Assembly: GCA_963803015.1 (NCBI GenBank)
Contig: CAWDKV010000011.1
Coordinates: 675,021 to 739,020, forward strand
Source of the DNA: an uncultured Gammaproteobacteria bacterium
GTDB taxonomy: Bacteria > Pseudomonadota > Gammaproteobacteria > Berkiellales > Berkiellaceae
Direction: 5' to 3'
Length of the DNA: 64,000 nucleotides
Each line of letters opens with the position of its first letter. The first letter of the stretch is position 1. Shown piece by piece: positions 13,604 to 22,502 of the stretch. Made by a program: the position numbers and the translations under genes. The notes beneath the pieces were generated by a model, which saw only the letters and a program-made list of their open reading frames with translations, made no database searches and was not told where the DNA came from.

Positions 13604-15871
13604 TTAGGCTTGAGTAGGCTCTTTAATAATAATCTTAATCCCCTGCTCTTCTACTATCACGTTCACTAAACCACCAGAAGATAAGCGTCCAAACAACAAT
13701 TCATCTGCGAGTGGCTTTTTGAGCTTTTCTTGAATTAACCTAGCCATGGGACGCGCGCCCATTTTTTTATCATAGCCTTTGACAACAAACCACTTTCTGG
13801 CTGCATCATCGACTTCTAAAGAGACTTCTTTATCTTGCAAGCGATCGGCTAATTCTTTAATAAATTTATCTACTACCTTCGCTATCGTTATCTCATCGAG
13901 CGGTTCAAATTGAACAATGGCATCTAAGCGATTTCTAAACTCTGGTGTAAACATCTTTTTAATAGCAGCAAGACTATCTGAACGATGTTCTTGCTCCTTA
14001 AAGCCTATAGAGTTTTGATCCATAATGGCCGCGCCAGCATTGGTTGTCATAATTAAAGTGACATGACGAAAATCTGCTTTTCTACCATTTGTATCTGTTA
14101 ATGATCCATGATCCATCACTTGTAATAACAAGTTAAAAACATCAGGATGGGCTTTTTCAATTTCATCTAATAAAACCACGGAATGAGGGTTTTTGGTCAC
14201 CGCTTCCGTTAATAGTCCCCCATTATCAAAACCGACATATCCTGGAGGTGCGCCAATTAATCTTGATACGGTATGACTTTCCATATACTCTGACATATCA
14301 AAACGGATAAGCTCTACTCCTAAGCTTTTCGCTAGTTGTTTGGAAACTTCCGTTTTACCCACACCAGTTGGTCCTGCAAAAAGGAAAGAGCCTACTGGTT
14401 TATCAGGATCTTGAAGCCCAGAGCGCCCCATTTTAACAGCGCTACAAAGCATCTCAATCGCGATACTTTGACCAAACACTTTACTTCTTAAATCTAGTTC
14501 CAAATTTTCTAATAAGGTTTTATCAGAAAGTGAAACTGTTTTAGAAGGAATACGTGCCATTTTAGCGACAATATCTTCAATTTCTTTGACGCCAATCACT
14601 TTTTTGCGTCGACGTTCTGGGAGTAATCTTTGATAAGCACCTGCTTCATCTACGACATCTATGGCTTTATCTGGTAAAAATCTATCTCGAATATAACGTC
14701 CTGCCAGTTCAGCCGCTGCCACTAATGCAGGTCCGGTATAACGTATTTGATGATGTTTTTCAAAATGAGATTTGATCCCTTTTAAGATACGAATGGTTTC
14801 TTCGACTGTTGGTTCTTTGATATCAATCTTTTGGAAACGTCTGGCAAGAGCGCGATCTTTTTCAAAGATCCCGCGATATTCTTGATAGGTTGTAGAGCCA
14901 ATACAACGCAAATCACCGGTTGCTAACATCGGTTTGATAAGGTTGGAGGCATCCATCACGCCACCTGATGCTGCCCCGGCTCCGATAATGGTATGAATTT
15001 CGTCAATAAATAAAACAGCGCCAGAGTCGCGTCTTAAATGTTGCAATAACGCTTTAAATCTCTTTTCAAAATCACCCCGATATTTTGTGCCTGCAAGCAA
15101 AGAGCCTAAATCCAGTGCATAAACTGTGCAATGGCTTAATGCTTTTGGAACATTGTTTTCAATTATGGCTTTGGCTAAGCCTTCGGCAATTGCGGTTTTG
15201 CCAACGCCTGCTTCTCCGACAAATAAAGGATTGTTTTTGCGTCTACGACAAAGGATCTGAATGGTGCGTTCAATTTCGCTTGAACGACCAATGAGGGGAT
15301 CAATTTTCCCTTGTTTGGCTAATTGATTTAAATTGATAGCATAGCATTCTAATGGGCTTTTTCCTGTCGTATCCTGAAGTGTATCTGATTCAAGGGTTGG
15401 GTCGATTTCAGGCTCATCCATTTCTCTCGGCTCTTCCACTTTTGAGATCCCATGCGATATGAAGTTGACAATGTCTAAGCGTGTAATATTTTCTTGTTTT
15501 AAGAAATAAACAGCTTGGCTCTCTTGTTCACTAAAAATAGCCGCTAAAACATTGGCGCCCGTCACTTCTTCTCTGCCCGCAGATTGGACATGAAAAACGG
15601 CTCTTTGTAAGACACGTTGGAAACCTAAGGTAGGTTGGGTTTCTCGGTGCGCTTCAGCCCCTGGTATTAAGGGTGTCGTTTCGTCGACAAAAGCTTGCAA
15701 ATCTAAACGCAATCTATCTACGTCCGCTCCACAAGAGCGCAACACATTCGAGGCTGCGATATTATCCAGCAACGCCAATAGTAGATGCTCAACCGTCATA
15801 AATTCATGACGTTTATCTCTGGCTTCCTTAAATGCAAGGTTGAGCGTCATTTCTAACTCTTTGCTCAACAT
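13604..15871 (-). CDS. clpA: ATP-dependent Clp protease ATP-binding subunit ClpA
   Basis: The track ORF is 13604..15928. I prefer the ATG at 15871 (MLSKELEMTLNLAFKEARDKRHEFMTVEHLLLALL), which aligns with ClpA N-termini, has a GGAGG upstream and avoids overlap with clpS. Two AAA+ modules are present (GEAGVGKTAIAEGLA; GPTGVGKTEVSKQLA). Confidence 0.95.
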   Translation of the reverse strand: MLSKELEMTLNLAFKEARDKRHEFMTVEHLLLALLDNIAASNVLRSCGADVDRLRLDLQAFVDETTPLIPGAEAHRETQPTLGFQRVLQRAVFHVQSAGREEVTGANVLAAIFSEQESQAVYFLKQENITRLDIVNFISHGISKVEEPREMDEPEIDPTLESDTLQDTTGKSPLECYAINLNQLAKQGKIDPLIGRSSEIERTIQILCRRRKNNPLFVGEAGVGKTAIAEGLAKAIIENNVPKALSHCTVYALDLGSLLAGTKYRGDFEKRFKALLQHLRRDSGAVLFIDEIHTIIGAGAASGGVMDASNLIKPMLATGDLRCIGSTTYQEYRGIFEKDRALARRFQKIDIKEPTVEETIRILKGIKSHFEKHHQIRYTGPALVAAAELAGRYIRDRFLPDKAIDVVDEAGAYQRLLPERRRKKVIGVKEIEDIVAKMARIPSKTVSLSDKTLLENLELDLRSKVFGQSIAIEMLCSAVKMGRSGLQDPDKPVGSFLFAGPTGVGKTEVSKQLAKSLGVELIRFDMSEYMESHTVSRLIGAPPGYVGFDNGGLLTEAVTKNPHSVVLLDEIEKAHPDVFNLLLQVMDHGSLTDTNGRKADFRHVTLIMTTNAGAAIMDQNSIGFKEQEHRSDSLAAIKKMFTPEFRNRLDAIVQFEPLDEITIAKVVDKFIKELADRLQDKEVSLEVDDAARKWFVVKGYDKKMGARPMARLIQEKLKKPLADELLFGRLSSGGLVNVIVEEQGIKIIIKEPTQA

Positions 15872-15906
15872 AGAACCAGACCCTCCAGCATCGGTTGAAA
15901 ACAGTT

Positions 15907-16245
15907 TTACAATTTTCTCATTTTGCACATCAAAGGATGTTCATTCAGTCTTGCAAGTTCATTCACTTGTGCTACTTTAGTTTCAGCAATATCTCTAGTA
16001 AAAATGCCACAAGTTCCTGTTCCATTGCGATGCACATCTAACATCACCTTGATAGCTCGAGCATAGCTCATACCAAAAAATTGCTCTAATACAATCACAA
16101 CAAAATCCATCGGCGTATAATCATCGTTTAATAAATACACCTGATACTTAGCCGGACATTCGGTCTTCCTTGCAGTCTTTTCTTGTACCTTTTGTCCGAC
16201 CTTAGCGATTGGATCGCTTATCTTGGGTCCGTAGACTGTGCCCAT
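15907..16245 (-). CDS. clpS: ATP-dependent Clp protease adaptor ClpS
   Basis: 112 aa. YQVYLLNDDYTPMDFVVIVLEQFF...HRNGTGTCGIFTRDIAETKV is a typical ClpS core. It lies immediately upstream of clpA. Confidence 0.93.
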   Translation of the reverse strand: MGTVYGPKISDPIAKVGQKVQEKTARKTECPAKYQVYLLNDDYTPMDFVVIVLEQFFGMSYARAIKVMLDVHRNGTGTCGIFTRDIAETKVAQVNELARLNEHPLMCKMRKL

Positions 16246-16501
16246 ATTTTGATATTAGCCAAATATTGGCTTCCTCGCTTTGTAGAACTAAAAAATTCTT
16301 TCATTTCCCATTTTCGCATAGAAAAAATAAGTTTGATAGTTACTTAACATTTGAAATTTTATTATTTCAGATTTGACTGAATAAGCGTTTATGTACAACA
16401 TTTATGGGTGTAATCATCCAGTAGTTGAGGGATGTCGTTTTGTTTAAAAAATTAAATGCTGTTTTTAACTCGCATTTTTTCAATTTAAAAGGATTGTTAG
16501 T

Positions 16502-16789
16502 ATGCCAACTGGGATAGTAAAGTGGTTCAATAGTGCAAAGGGATACGGATTCATTTGCCCCTCTGATGGTGGAAATGACGTATTTGCACATTTCTCGGCT
16601 ATTATCATGGATGGGTACAAGTGCCTCAAAGCCGGCCAAATGGTTCGGTTTGAAATCAATCAAGGACCTAAGGGGCTACATGCCTCCCAAATTAGATCTG
16701 AGAAAGCTTCAGACGAATTAGATGATCATGACGACACAGATCAGCACCAAAAGCAGGTTATGGAACTTAACTGTGAAATGGAATGCTAA
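16502..16789 (+). CDS. cspD: Cold-shock-domain protein (CspD-like) with an acidic C-terminal tail
   Basis: [61 protein letters not shown] carries the RNP1/RNP2 motifs. An extra tail of about 29 aa reads [30 protein letters not shown]. Confidence 0.9.
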   Translation: MPTGIVKWFNSAKGYGFICPSDGGNDVFAHFSAIIMDGYKCLKAGQMVRFEINQGPKGLHASQIRSEKASDELDDHDDTDQHQKQVMELNCEMEC

Positions 16790-16794
16790 GACTG

Positions 16795-16820
16795 TCCCTC
16801 TCCCTTTTTAGGGAGAGGGA
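16795..16820. terminator. Hairpin between convergent cspD and icd (TCCCTCTCCC ttttta GGGAGAGGGA)
   Basis: It has a perfect 10-bp stem and a 6-nt loop. It lies 6 nt after the cspD stop and 25 nt after the icd stop. Neither side has a clean U-tract. Confidence 0.5.
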
Positions 16821-16845
16821 GTGTGCCGATTGAAATTGAATGATC

Positions 16846-18108
16846 TTATTGGCTCATGTGCCGAATAATTTCATCCCCAAAAGCCGAACAGCTAACTGTT
16901 TTTGAGTCTGGCATCAATCGTGCAAAATCGTAAGTCACGGCTTTGCTTTGAATTGCACCAGCCATACCTTTCAAGATTAATTCGGCTGCTTCAAACCAGC
17001 CTAAATGGCGCAACATCATCTCAGCTGACAGAATGAGCGAGCCGGGGTTGACCTTGTTTTGTTTTGCATACTTAGGGGCAGTGCCATGGGTTGCTTCAAA
17101 CATGGCAATACCGTCGCTTAGGTTGGCTCCTGGGGCTATTCCAATCCCGCCTACCTGTGCTGCTAGCGCATCTGAAATGTAGTCCCCATTTAAGTTCAGG
17201 GTCGCTATCACACTATAGTCTGCTGGACGTAACAAAATTTGTTGTAGGAAAGCGTCAGCAATGACATCCTTAATGATTATCGGCTGGCCTGTCTTTGGAT
17301 GAGTGATAACTTGCCAAGGGCCACCCTCATAGGGTTTTGCGCCAAATTCTTCTTTTGCAATCGCATAGCCCCAATCTTTAAAAGCGCCTTCGGTGAACTT
17401 CATGATATTGCCTTTATGCACTAACGTGACTGAGGGCAAATTATTATCGATGGCATAAGAGATTGCGCGCCGAACCAGTCTTTGCGAGCCTTCTTTAGAA
17501 ACAGGTTTGATGCCAATGCCGCAATGCATGGGAAAACGAATTTGCTTTACACCCATTTCTTGTTGCAAAAAATTGATGACTTTTTTAGCTTCTACAGAAT
17601 CGGCCTGCCATTCAATCCCAGCATATATATCTTCAGAATTTTCTCTGAAGATAACCATATTGGTTAACTCAGGATGCAATAACGGGCTTGGTGTTCCCGA
17701 AAAATATCGAATCGGACGAAGACAAAGGTAGAGATCAAGCCTTTGCCGAATAGCCACATTTAAAGATCGGATCCCCCCACCCACGGGTGTAGTCAGTGGC
17801 CCTTTGATAGACACACTAAATTCGGTAACAGCCTCTAAGGTTTCATCTGGTAACCACTGATCAGGTCCATAAACACGTGTCGCTTTTTCGCCTGCATATA
17901 TTTCCATCCAAGCAATATTGCGATCTCTTTGATAAGCTTTCATCACCGCTGCATCGACGACTTTGCGCATGACAGGCGTGATATCCACTCCAATCCCATC
18001 CCCTTCAATAAAAGGGATAATCGGGTTATTTGGAACACTAAGAGAAGCATCTCTATTTACGTGAATTTTGTCCCCTTCTTGAGGGACAACTATTTTTTGA
18101 TATGCCAT
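16846..18108 (-). CDS. icd: NADP-dependent isocitrate dehydrogenase
   Basis: 420 aa. [15 protein letters not shown]...[20 protein letters not shown] and SLNVAIRQ, together with [22 protein letters not shown], closely resemble E. coli-type Icd. Confidence 0.96.
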   Translation of the reverse strand: MAYQKIVVPQEGDKIHVNRDASLSVPNNPIIPFIEGDGIGVDITPVMRKVVDAAVMKAYQRDRNIAWMEIYAGEKATRVYGPDQWLPDETLEAVTEFSVSIKGPLTTPVGGGIRSLNVAIRQRLDLYLCLRPIRYFSGTPSPLLHPELTNMVIFRENSEDIYAGIEWQADSVEAKKVINFLQQEMGVKQIRFPMHCGIGIKPVSKEGSQRLVRRAISYAIDNNLPSVTLVHKGNIMKFTEGAFKDWGYAIAKEEFGAKPYEGGPWQVITHPKTGQPIIIKDVIADAFLQQILLRPADYSVIATLNLNGDYISDALAAQVGGIGIAPGANLSDGIAMFEATHGTAPKYAKQNKVNPGSLILSAEMMLRHLGWFEAAELILKGMAGAIQSKAVTYDFARLMPDSKTVSCSAFGDEIIRHMSQ

Positions 18109-18215
18109 TGTTTACCTTTTGATTTTTAGTTCAGAGCATTTTTAGTGTATCGCAAAGGCAGTTTTCGCTGCAAAAATATTGCTTGCATGTTAAAATAACG
18201 ATTACTTTAAAATAG

Positions 18216-19394
18216 TTGTTTAACCTACTAACTCCTGTGCAAAATAATCACACTAAAACTGTTATTGTTGGACTCTCTGGTGGAGTCGATTCCTCTGTCA
18301 CCGCTTTGCTCCTAAAAGAGCAAGGCTATGTGGTCAAAGGTCTTTTCATGAAAAATTGGGAAGAAGATGACACACTAGAATACTGCTCTGCCGAAAAAGA
18401 TTTTCAGGATGTATCCACATTTTGCCGCAAACTCGATATTCCCGTTGAATCTGTCAATTTTTCTCAAGAATATTGGCAAACCGTTTTTAGTATTTTTTTA
18501 GAAGAATATCGTGCGGGACGCACGCCCAATCCTGATATCTTGTGCAATAAGGAAATCAAATTTAAAGCCTTTTTAGAACATGCCACCAAACTAGGCGCCG
18601 ACTTTATTGCAACGGGGCACTACGTTCAAAAAGCAGTTTCAAATGAAGGACAATTTAAGCTTTTAAAAGGAATTGATCCCAATAAAGATCAAAGTTACTT
18701 TCTCTATACTCTAGGCCAAGATGCTTTATCTTATGCCTTATTTCCGGTTGGTCATTTAATGAAACCGACCGTGCGGGATCTGGCAAAAAAAGCCAATTTA
18801 GTGACCCATAATAAAAAAGACAGTACGGGGATCTGTTTTATTGGTGAGAGAAAATTTAAAGAATTTTTAAGTGAGTTTTTACCAAGCCAACCCGGAAAAA
18901 TCCAAAATAAAGAAGGCGAGATTCTAGGGCAACATGATGGTCTTATGTTTTATACACTAGGCCAACGCCAAGGGCTAAAAATTGGTGGGCGCAAAGGCGC
19001 GCTTGAAAAACCTTGGTATGTCATTGCTAAAGATCTGCAAAGTAACGTACTTATTGTCTCTCAAGATGAAAATGACCCTTGGCAGTTAGCATCAACCTTA
19101 ATTGCAAGCCAAATCCATTGGGTAGTGCCGCCGCACGCTAAACAATTTTCAGCAACAGCAAAAGTGCGCTATCGACAAGCAGATCAATCTTGTACAGTTA
19201 CTCTGTTAGAAAATGATCACATCTTAGTCACATTTCAAGATCCTCAACGCGCTGTCACACCAGGTCAATCGGTTGTGCTTTATCAAGGCGAAGTTTGTCT
19301 GGGAGGTGGTATTATCCAATCCTCAGACTCTCCAGGGGGATTATTACAAACCCAAAATTTAGAAAATTATAAAGAGGTACCTCATGCAACATGA
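18216..19394 (+). CDS. mnmA: tRNA 2-thiouridine(34) synthase MnmA
   Basis: The PP-loop [13 protein letters not shown], plus [12 protein letters not shown] and STGICFIGE, are present. The start is uncertain: TTG at 18216 as in the track, or GTG at 18237. Confidence 0.92.
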   Translation: MFNLLTPVQNNHTKTVIVGLSGGVDSSVTALLLKEQGYVVKGLFMKNWEEDDTLEYCSAEKDFQDVSTFCRKLDIPVESVNFSQEYWQTVFSIFLEEYRAGRTPNPDILCNKEIKFKAFLEHATKLGADFIATGHYVQKAVSNEGQFKLLKGIDPNKDQSYFLYTLGQDALSYALFPVGHLMKPTVRDLAKKANLVTHNKKDSTGICFIGERKFKEFLSEFLPSQPGKIQNKEGEILGQHDGLMFYTLGQRQGLKIGGRKGALEKPWYVIAKDLQSNVLIVSQDENDPWQLASTLIASQIHWVVPPHAKQFSATAKVRYRQADQSCTVTLLENDHILVTFQDPQRAVTPGQSVVLYQGEVCLGGGIIQSSDSPGGLLQTQNLENYKEVPHAT

Positions 19395-20769
19395 ATTTCA
19401 TTTAGAAGCCATTTCTCCTCTTGATGGACGTTATTACAATAAGTGTCAGGAACTAACCCCCTATGTCAGCGAATTTGGCCTGATGCACTATCGCATCATT
19501 GTTGAAATTAAGTGGTTAGAAACGCTTAGCGAAATCAAAGAAATTACTGAGGTGCCTGCTCTTTCTCGTGAGGCAAAGACTTTTTTAAACAACCTCATCA
19601 AAGACTTTAACCTAGAAGATGCGCAAAGGATAAAGGAAATTGAAAAAACGACTAATCATGATCTTAAATCTGTAGAATATTTTCTCAAAGAAAAATTTGA
19701 TAAAAATCCGGAAGTCGCCAAAATAAAGGAATTTATCCACTTTGCCTGCACTTCTGAAGATATCAACAATTTAAGCTATGGTTTGATGCTCCAAGGTGTT
19801 AGAAAAAAAATTATGTTGCCACAATTAAATGCACTCAAAGAGCAATTAATGGCCATGATAAAACAGCATGCTAAAACACCTATGCTCTCTCGCACCCATG
19901 GTCAAGTAGCAACCCCTACAACCGTAGGCAAGGAAATTGCTAATGTTGTCGCAAGATTAATCCGGCAAATAAAACAACTGGAAACCTACCCCATTTTAGG
20001 TAAATTTAATGGCGCAGTCGGTAATTTTAATGCGCATCACATTGCTTACCCACAATGCGATTGGGAAAAAATAGCACAAGAGTTTGTGGAGAAACTAGAG
20101 CTCAGCTACAACCCGCTCACCACCCAAATCGAACCCCATGACAATTTGGCAGAATTTTGCCATTGCCTAATGCGAATCTCTACCATATTAATCGATTTCA
20201 GCCGTGATATTTGGAGTTATATTTCTTTAGGGTATTTTCAACAAAAAGCGCTTAAAGGCGAAGTTGGCTCTTCGACTATGCCGCATAAAATAAACCCCAT
20301 AGACTTTGAAAATGCTGAAGGCAATCTCGGTGTGGGACATGCTTTATTCGGACATTTTGCCAATAAGCTACCCATTTCTCGCTGGCAGCGTGATCTGTCA
20401 GACTCAACCGTCTTACGCAACCTTGGCGTGGGCTTTGGATACCTGCTCATTGGCTTAAAATCCTTACAGCAAGGGCTAAATAAACTAGCTGTAAATGAAG
20501 AAATCCTGACAGAAGATCTCAATCATAATTGGGAAGTTTTAGCGGAAGCCATTCAAACCGTGATGCGTCGTTACCAAATCGCTGAACCCTATGAAAAGGT
20601 GAAAGATTTAACCCGCGATAAAATGGTGAATGCCGCGCTTTTACATCGGTTTATTGATTCGCTGGCTATTCCTCCAGAAGAAAAGCAAAGACTTATTGAA
20701 TTAAGACCGACGCAATATCTTGGGCTTGCGGAGAAATTGATTGATAATTTGAGAAAAATGGAAGAGTAA
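19384..20769 (+). CDS. purB: Adenylosuccinate lyase
   Basis: 461 aa. [11 protein letters not shown] and the signature [16 protein letters not shown] are present. It overlaps the mnmA 3' end by 11 nt. Confidence 0.95.
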   Translation: MQHEFHLEAISPLDGRYYNKCQELTPYVSEFGLMHYRIIVEIKWLETLSEIKEITEVPALSREAKTFLNNLIKDFNLEDAQRIKEIEKTTNHDLKSVEYFLKEKFDKNPEVAKIKEFIHFACTSEDINNLSYGLMLQGVRKKIMLPQLNALKEQLMAMIKQHAKTPMLSRTHGQVATPTTVGKEIANVVARLIRQIKQLETYPILGKFNGAVGNFNAHHIAYPQCDWEKIAQEFVEKLELSYNPLTTQIEPHDNLAEFCHCLMRISTILIDFSRDIWSYISLGYFQQKALKGEVGSSTMPHKINPIDFENAEGNLGVGHALFGHFANKLPISRWQRDLSDSTVLRNLGVGFGYLLIGLKSLQQGLNKLAVNEEILTEDLNHNWEVLAEAIQTVMRRYQIAEPYEKVKDLTRDKMVNAALLHRFIDSLAIPPEEKQRLIELRPTQYLGLAEKLIDNLRKMEE

Positions 20770-20886
20770 ATACACAGTTTTTCATCTGTGGATCTAGTAA
20801 CTTCGTCGCATAAATTTGTAAACTTGTCTCAAGCGTGCAAAATTTGACTACTATTTAAGTATACCTTATTAAAAGAGTAGTCATTT

Positions 20887-22347
20887 ATGCCACTTGAGCA
20901 ACACGCTTATATCAACTTAAATACACAATTGTTGTGTAAAACAACAGGTTGGCAAAATAACTGTGGGTTAAATTGCTTAACGCATTTTCTTTATCAGCAA
21001 TTAAGCCAAGGTGAGTTACAAAAAAACTTTGCGACTAATCCTGAATATCAAGCTTTACTCGTCACTTTCCAGGAATATTATCAGCTACCTCAAACGCCTA
21101 CCTGGGAAGATATTAAGCAATTGCTCGATAACTATCCTGTGCCCACTGACAAAGAAGCAATTTTTGCTCCTGTACTGCGACAGCACTTAGGAAAAAAACT
21201 GGCTAGTCTGCCTGATGTAACTTGGGACACAGATGCTGCCGCCACTATTTCTGAATATTTAAAAACCGGTAAAGTCAAAGACGTCGCTCTTCCTCTTTTT
21301 CATGCAAATGAAGCTTGGCTTGAAGAACTTAAAACCAAATACGATAGAAGCCAACGTAGAATAACTAGCCAAATTATAACAGAAAGTGAAAGAGCGCATG
21401 TCATTGAGCAAGACAGACTAGGAAATAAAGGCATACCAAGCGAAGAGCGTATTCGTGAACAAGTGATATTTAATCGAACCAATGCGTTGCAAGACAGTAT
21501 TCTTGCCCAAGCCAAATCTTATTGGCTAGCCGAAGGCTCTCTCCGTTATGCTGACACCATGGGCAAATTAGACAACGCTGAGATGGTCTCAGCAGAACAA
21601 TTATCACTGCTTGCCTATAGCCTTTCCATTGGCTTAGAAGTTTATACACCTGCCTCCATTGAAGATGCTAAAAAAAGACCTGAAGTAGGTAAAATCACAC
21701 ATGGTGCACAAAACTTGCCAGATAGAGCGTACCCTCTGACCTTTCGAGTACACAATCATGGCGTCCACTGGGAGTTTGAATCACCGAACAAGGATTTGGC
21801 TCAAGTGGCAAGGCATAATCAGTATTATCCAGAAACATTTGTTGCAAGTGAATTAGTTAATAGCGAAGCGCTCTCTGGTCAATTTAAAATTTTTGGTGAT
21901 CTCGCGCCTCTTGAGGTTAATCAGATGATTAAAGCGGCCGTGCATAGCGCCCTGGAAAATCGAAGTGCTATGGAATTGGAACAGCCTCCCGCAACGTTAT
22001 TTACTAGCTCGCCAAAAAGAAAGCAGGAAAGCATGTCCCCTTCTCCTAAATCCATGAGCAACTCAGAATTTAAACAACTAGAATTTAACGCTAACCAAGC
22101 CATGAACACTTTAGTCAATGTTTTAGATCATCAACGCAGAAGTGGCAAAATCAACGATAATAATCAAAAAGCGCTTTTCGAATTTTATTTTAATGCATTT
22201 GAAACGGAATTAAAGAAGGGACCATCCGACGCGTCTTCTGAAAAAATTCAAGCCTTAGTTGAAGAAATTAAGCACCATGCGCTTCCTGAAATGAAAAAGC
22301 ATGCCCATATACCAGAATCCCCCCAACCAAAGCGACCTAAAAAATAA
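20887..22347 (+). CDS. Orphan effector-like protein with an N-terminal papain-like Cys signature
   Basis: 486 aa. It contains GWQNNCGLNCLTHF (Cys codons 20962..20964 and 20974..20976) and a later VHNHGVHWEF (21751..21771). The C-terminus is basic. I recognise no other domain. Confidence 0.55.
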   Translation: MPLEQHAYINLNTQLLCKTTGWQNNCGLNCLTHFLYQQLSQGELQKNFATNPEYQALLVTFQEYYQLPQTPTWEDIKQLLDNYPVPTDKEAIFAPVLRQHLGKKLASLPDVTWDTDAAATISEYLKTGKVKDVALPLFHANEAWLEELKTKYDRSQRRITSQIITESERAHVIEQDRLGNKGIPSEERIREQVIFNRTNALQDSILAQAKSYWLAEGSLRYADTMGKLDNAEMVSAEQLSLLAYSLSIGLEVYTPASIEDAKKRPEVGKITHGAQNLPDRAYPLTFRVHNHGVHWEFESPNKDLAQVARHNQYYPETFVASELVNSEALSGQFKIFGDLAPLEVNQMIKAAVHSALENRSAMELEQPPATLFTSSPKRKQESMSPSPKSMSNSEFKQLEFNANQAMNTLVNVLDHQRRSGKINDNNQKALFEFYFNAFETELKKGPSDASSEKIQALVEEIKHHALPEMKKHAHIPESPQPKRPKK

Positions 22348-22502
22348 ATAGGCCTTTTATCTTTCTAAACGCTCACTTTGTCCTGAATAGCTTGTGATAA
22401 TACGCCCTCTATATAACAATCCAACTCAGCATACCACTCTTCGCAGATGGCGTTGTTGCGGTAAAAATAACCCAGATCGGTTTTAGTAATAAGAGCGTTT
22501 AA

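Noticed and set aside
16367-16663. 98-aa minus-strand ORF overlapping cspD and its upstream region.
   Set aside because: It overlaps the strongly supported cold-shock gene on the opposite strand. It has no recognisable motif and no SD.
20844-20872. TTGACT-N17-TATTAA promoter-like match upstream of 20887.
   Set aside because: The -10 ends only 14 nt before the ATG, which leaves no room for a leader with an SD. Such matches are frequent by chance in AT-rich intergenic DNA.
22371-22500. Minus-strand reading frame of about 46 codons (..NALITKTDLGYFYRNNAICEEWYAELDCYIEGVLSQAIQDKVSV*) in the gap between the two effector-like genes.
   Set aside because: It looks protein-like, but it has no ATG/GTG/TTG start after the upstream in-frame stop and is below any sensible length threshold. 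It may be a gene remnant, which I cannot support from sequence alone.
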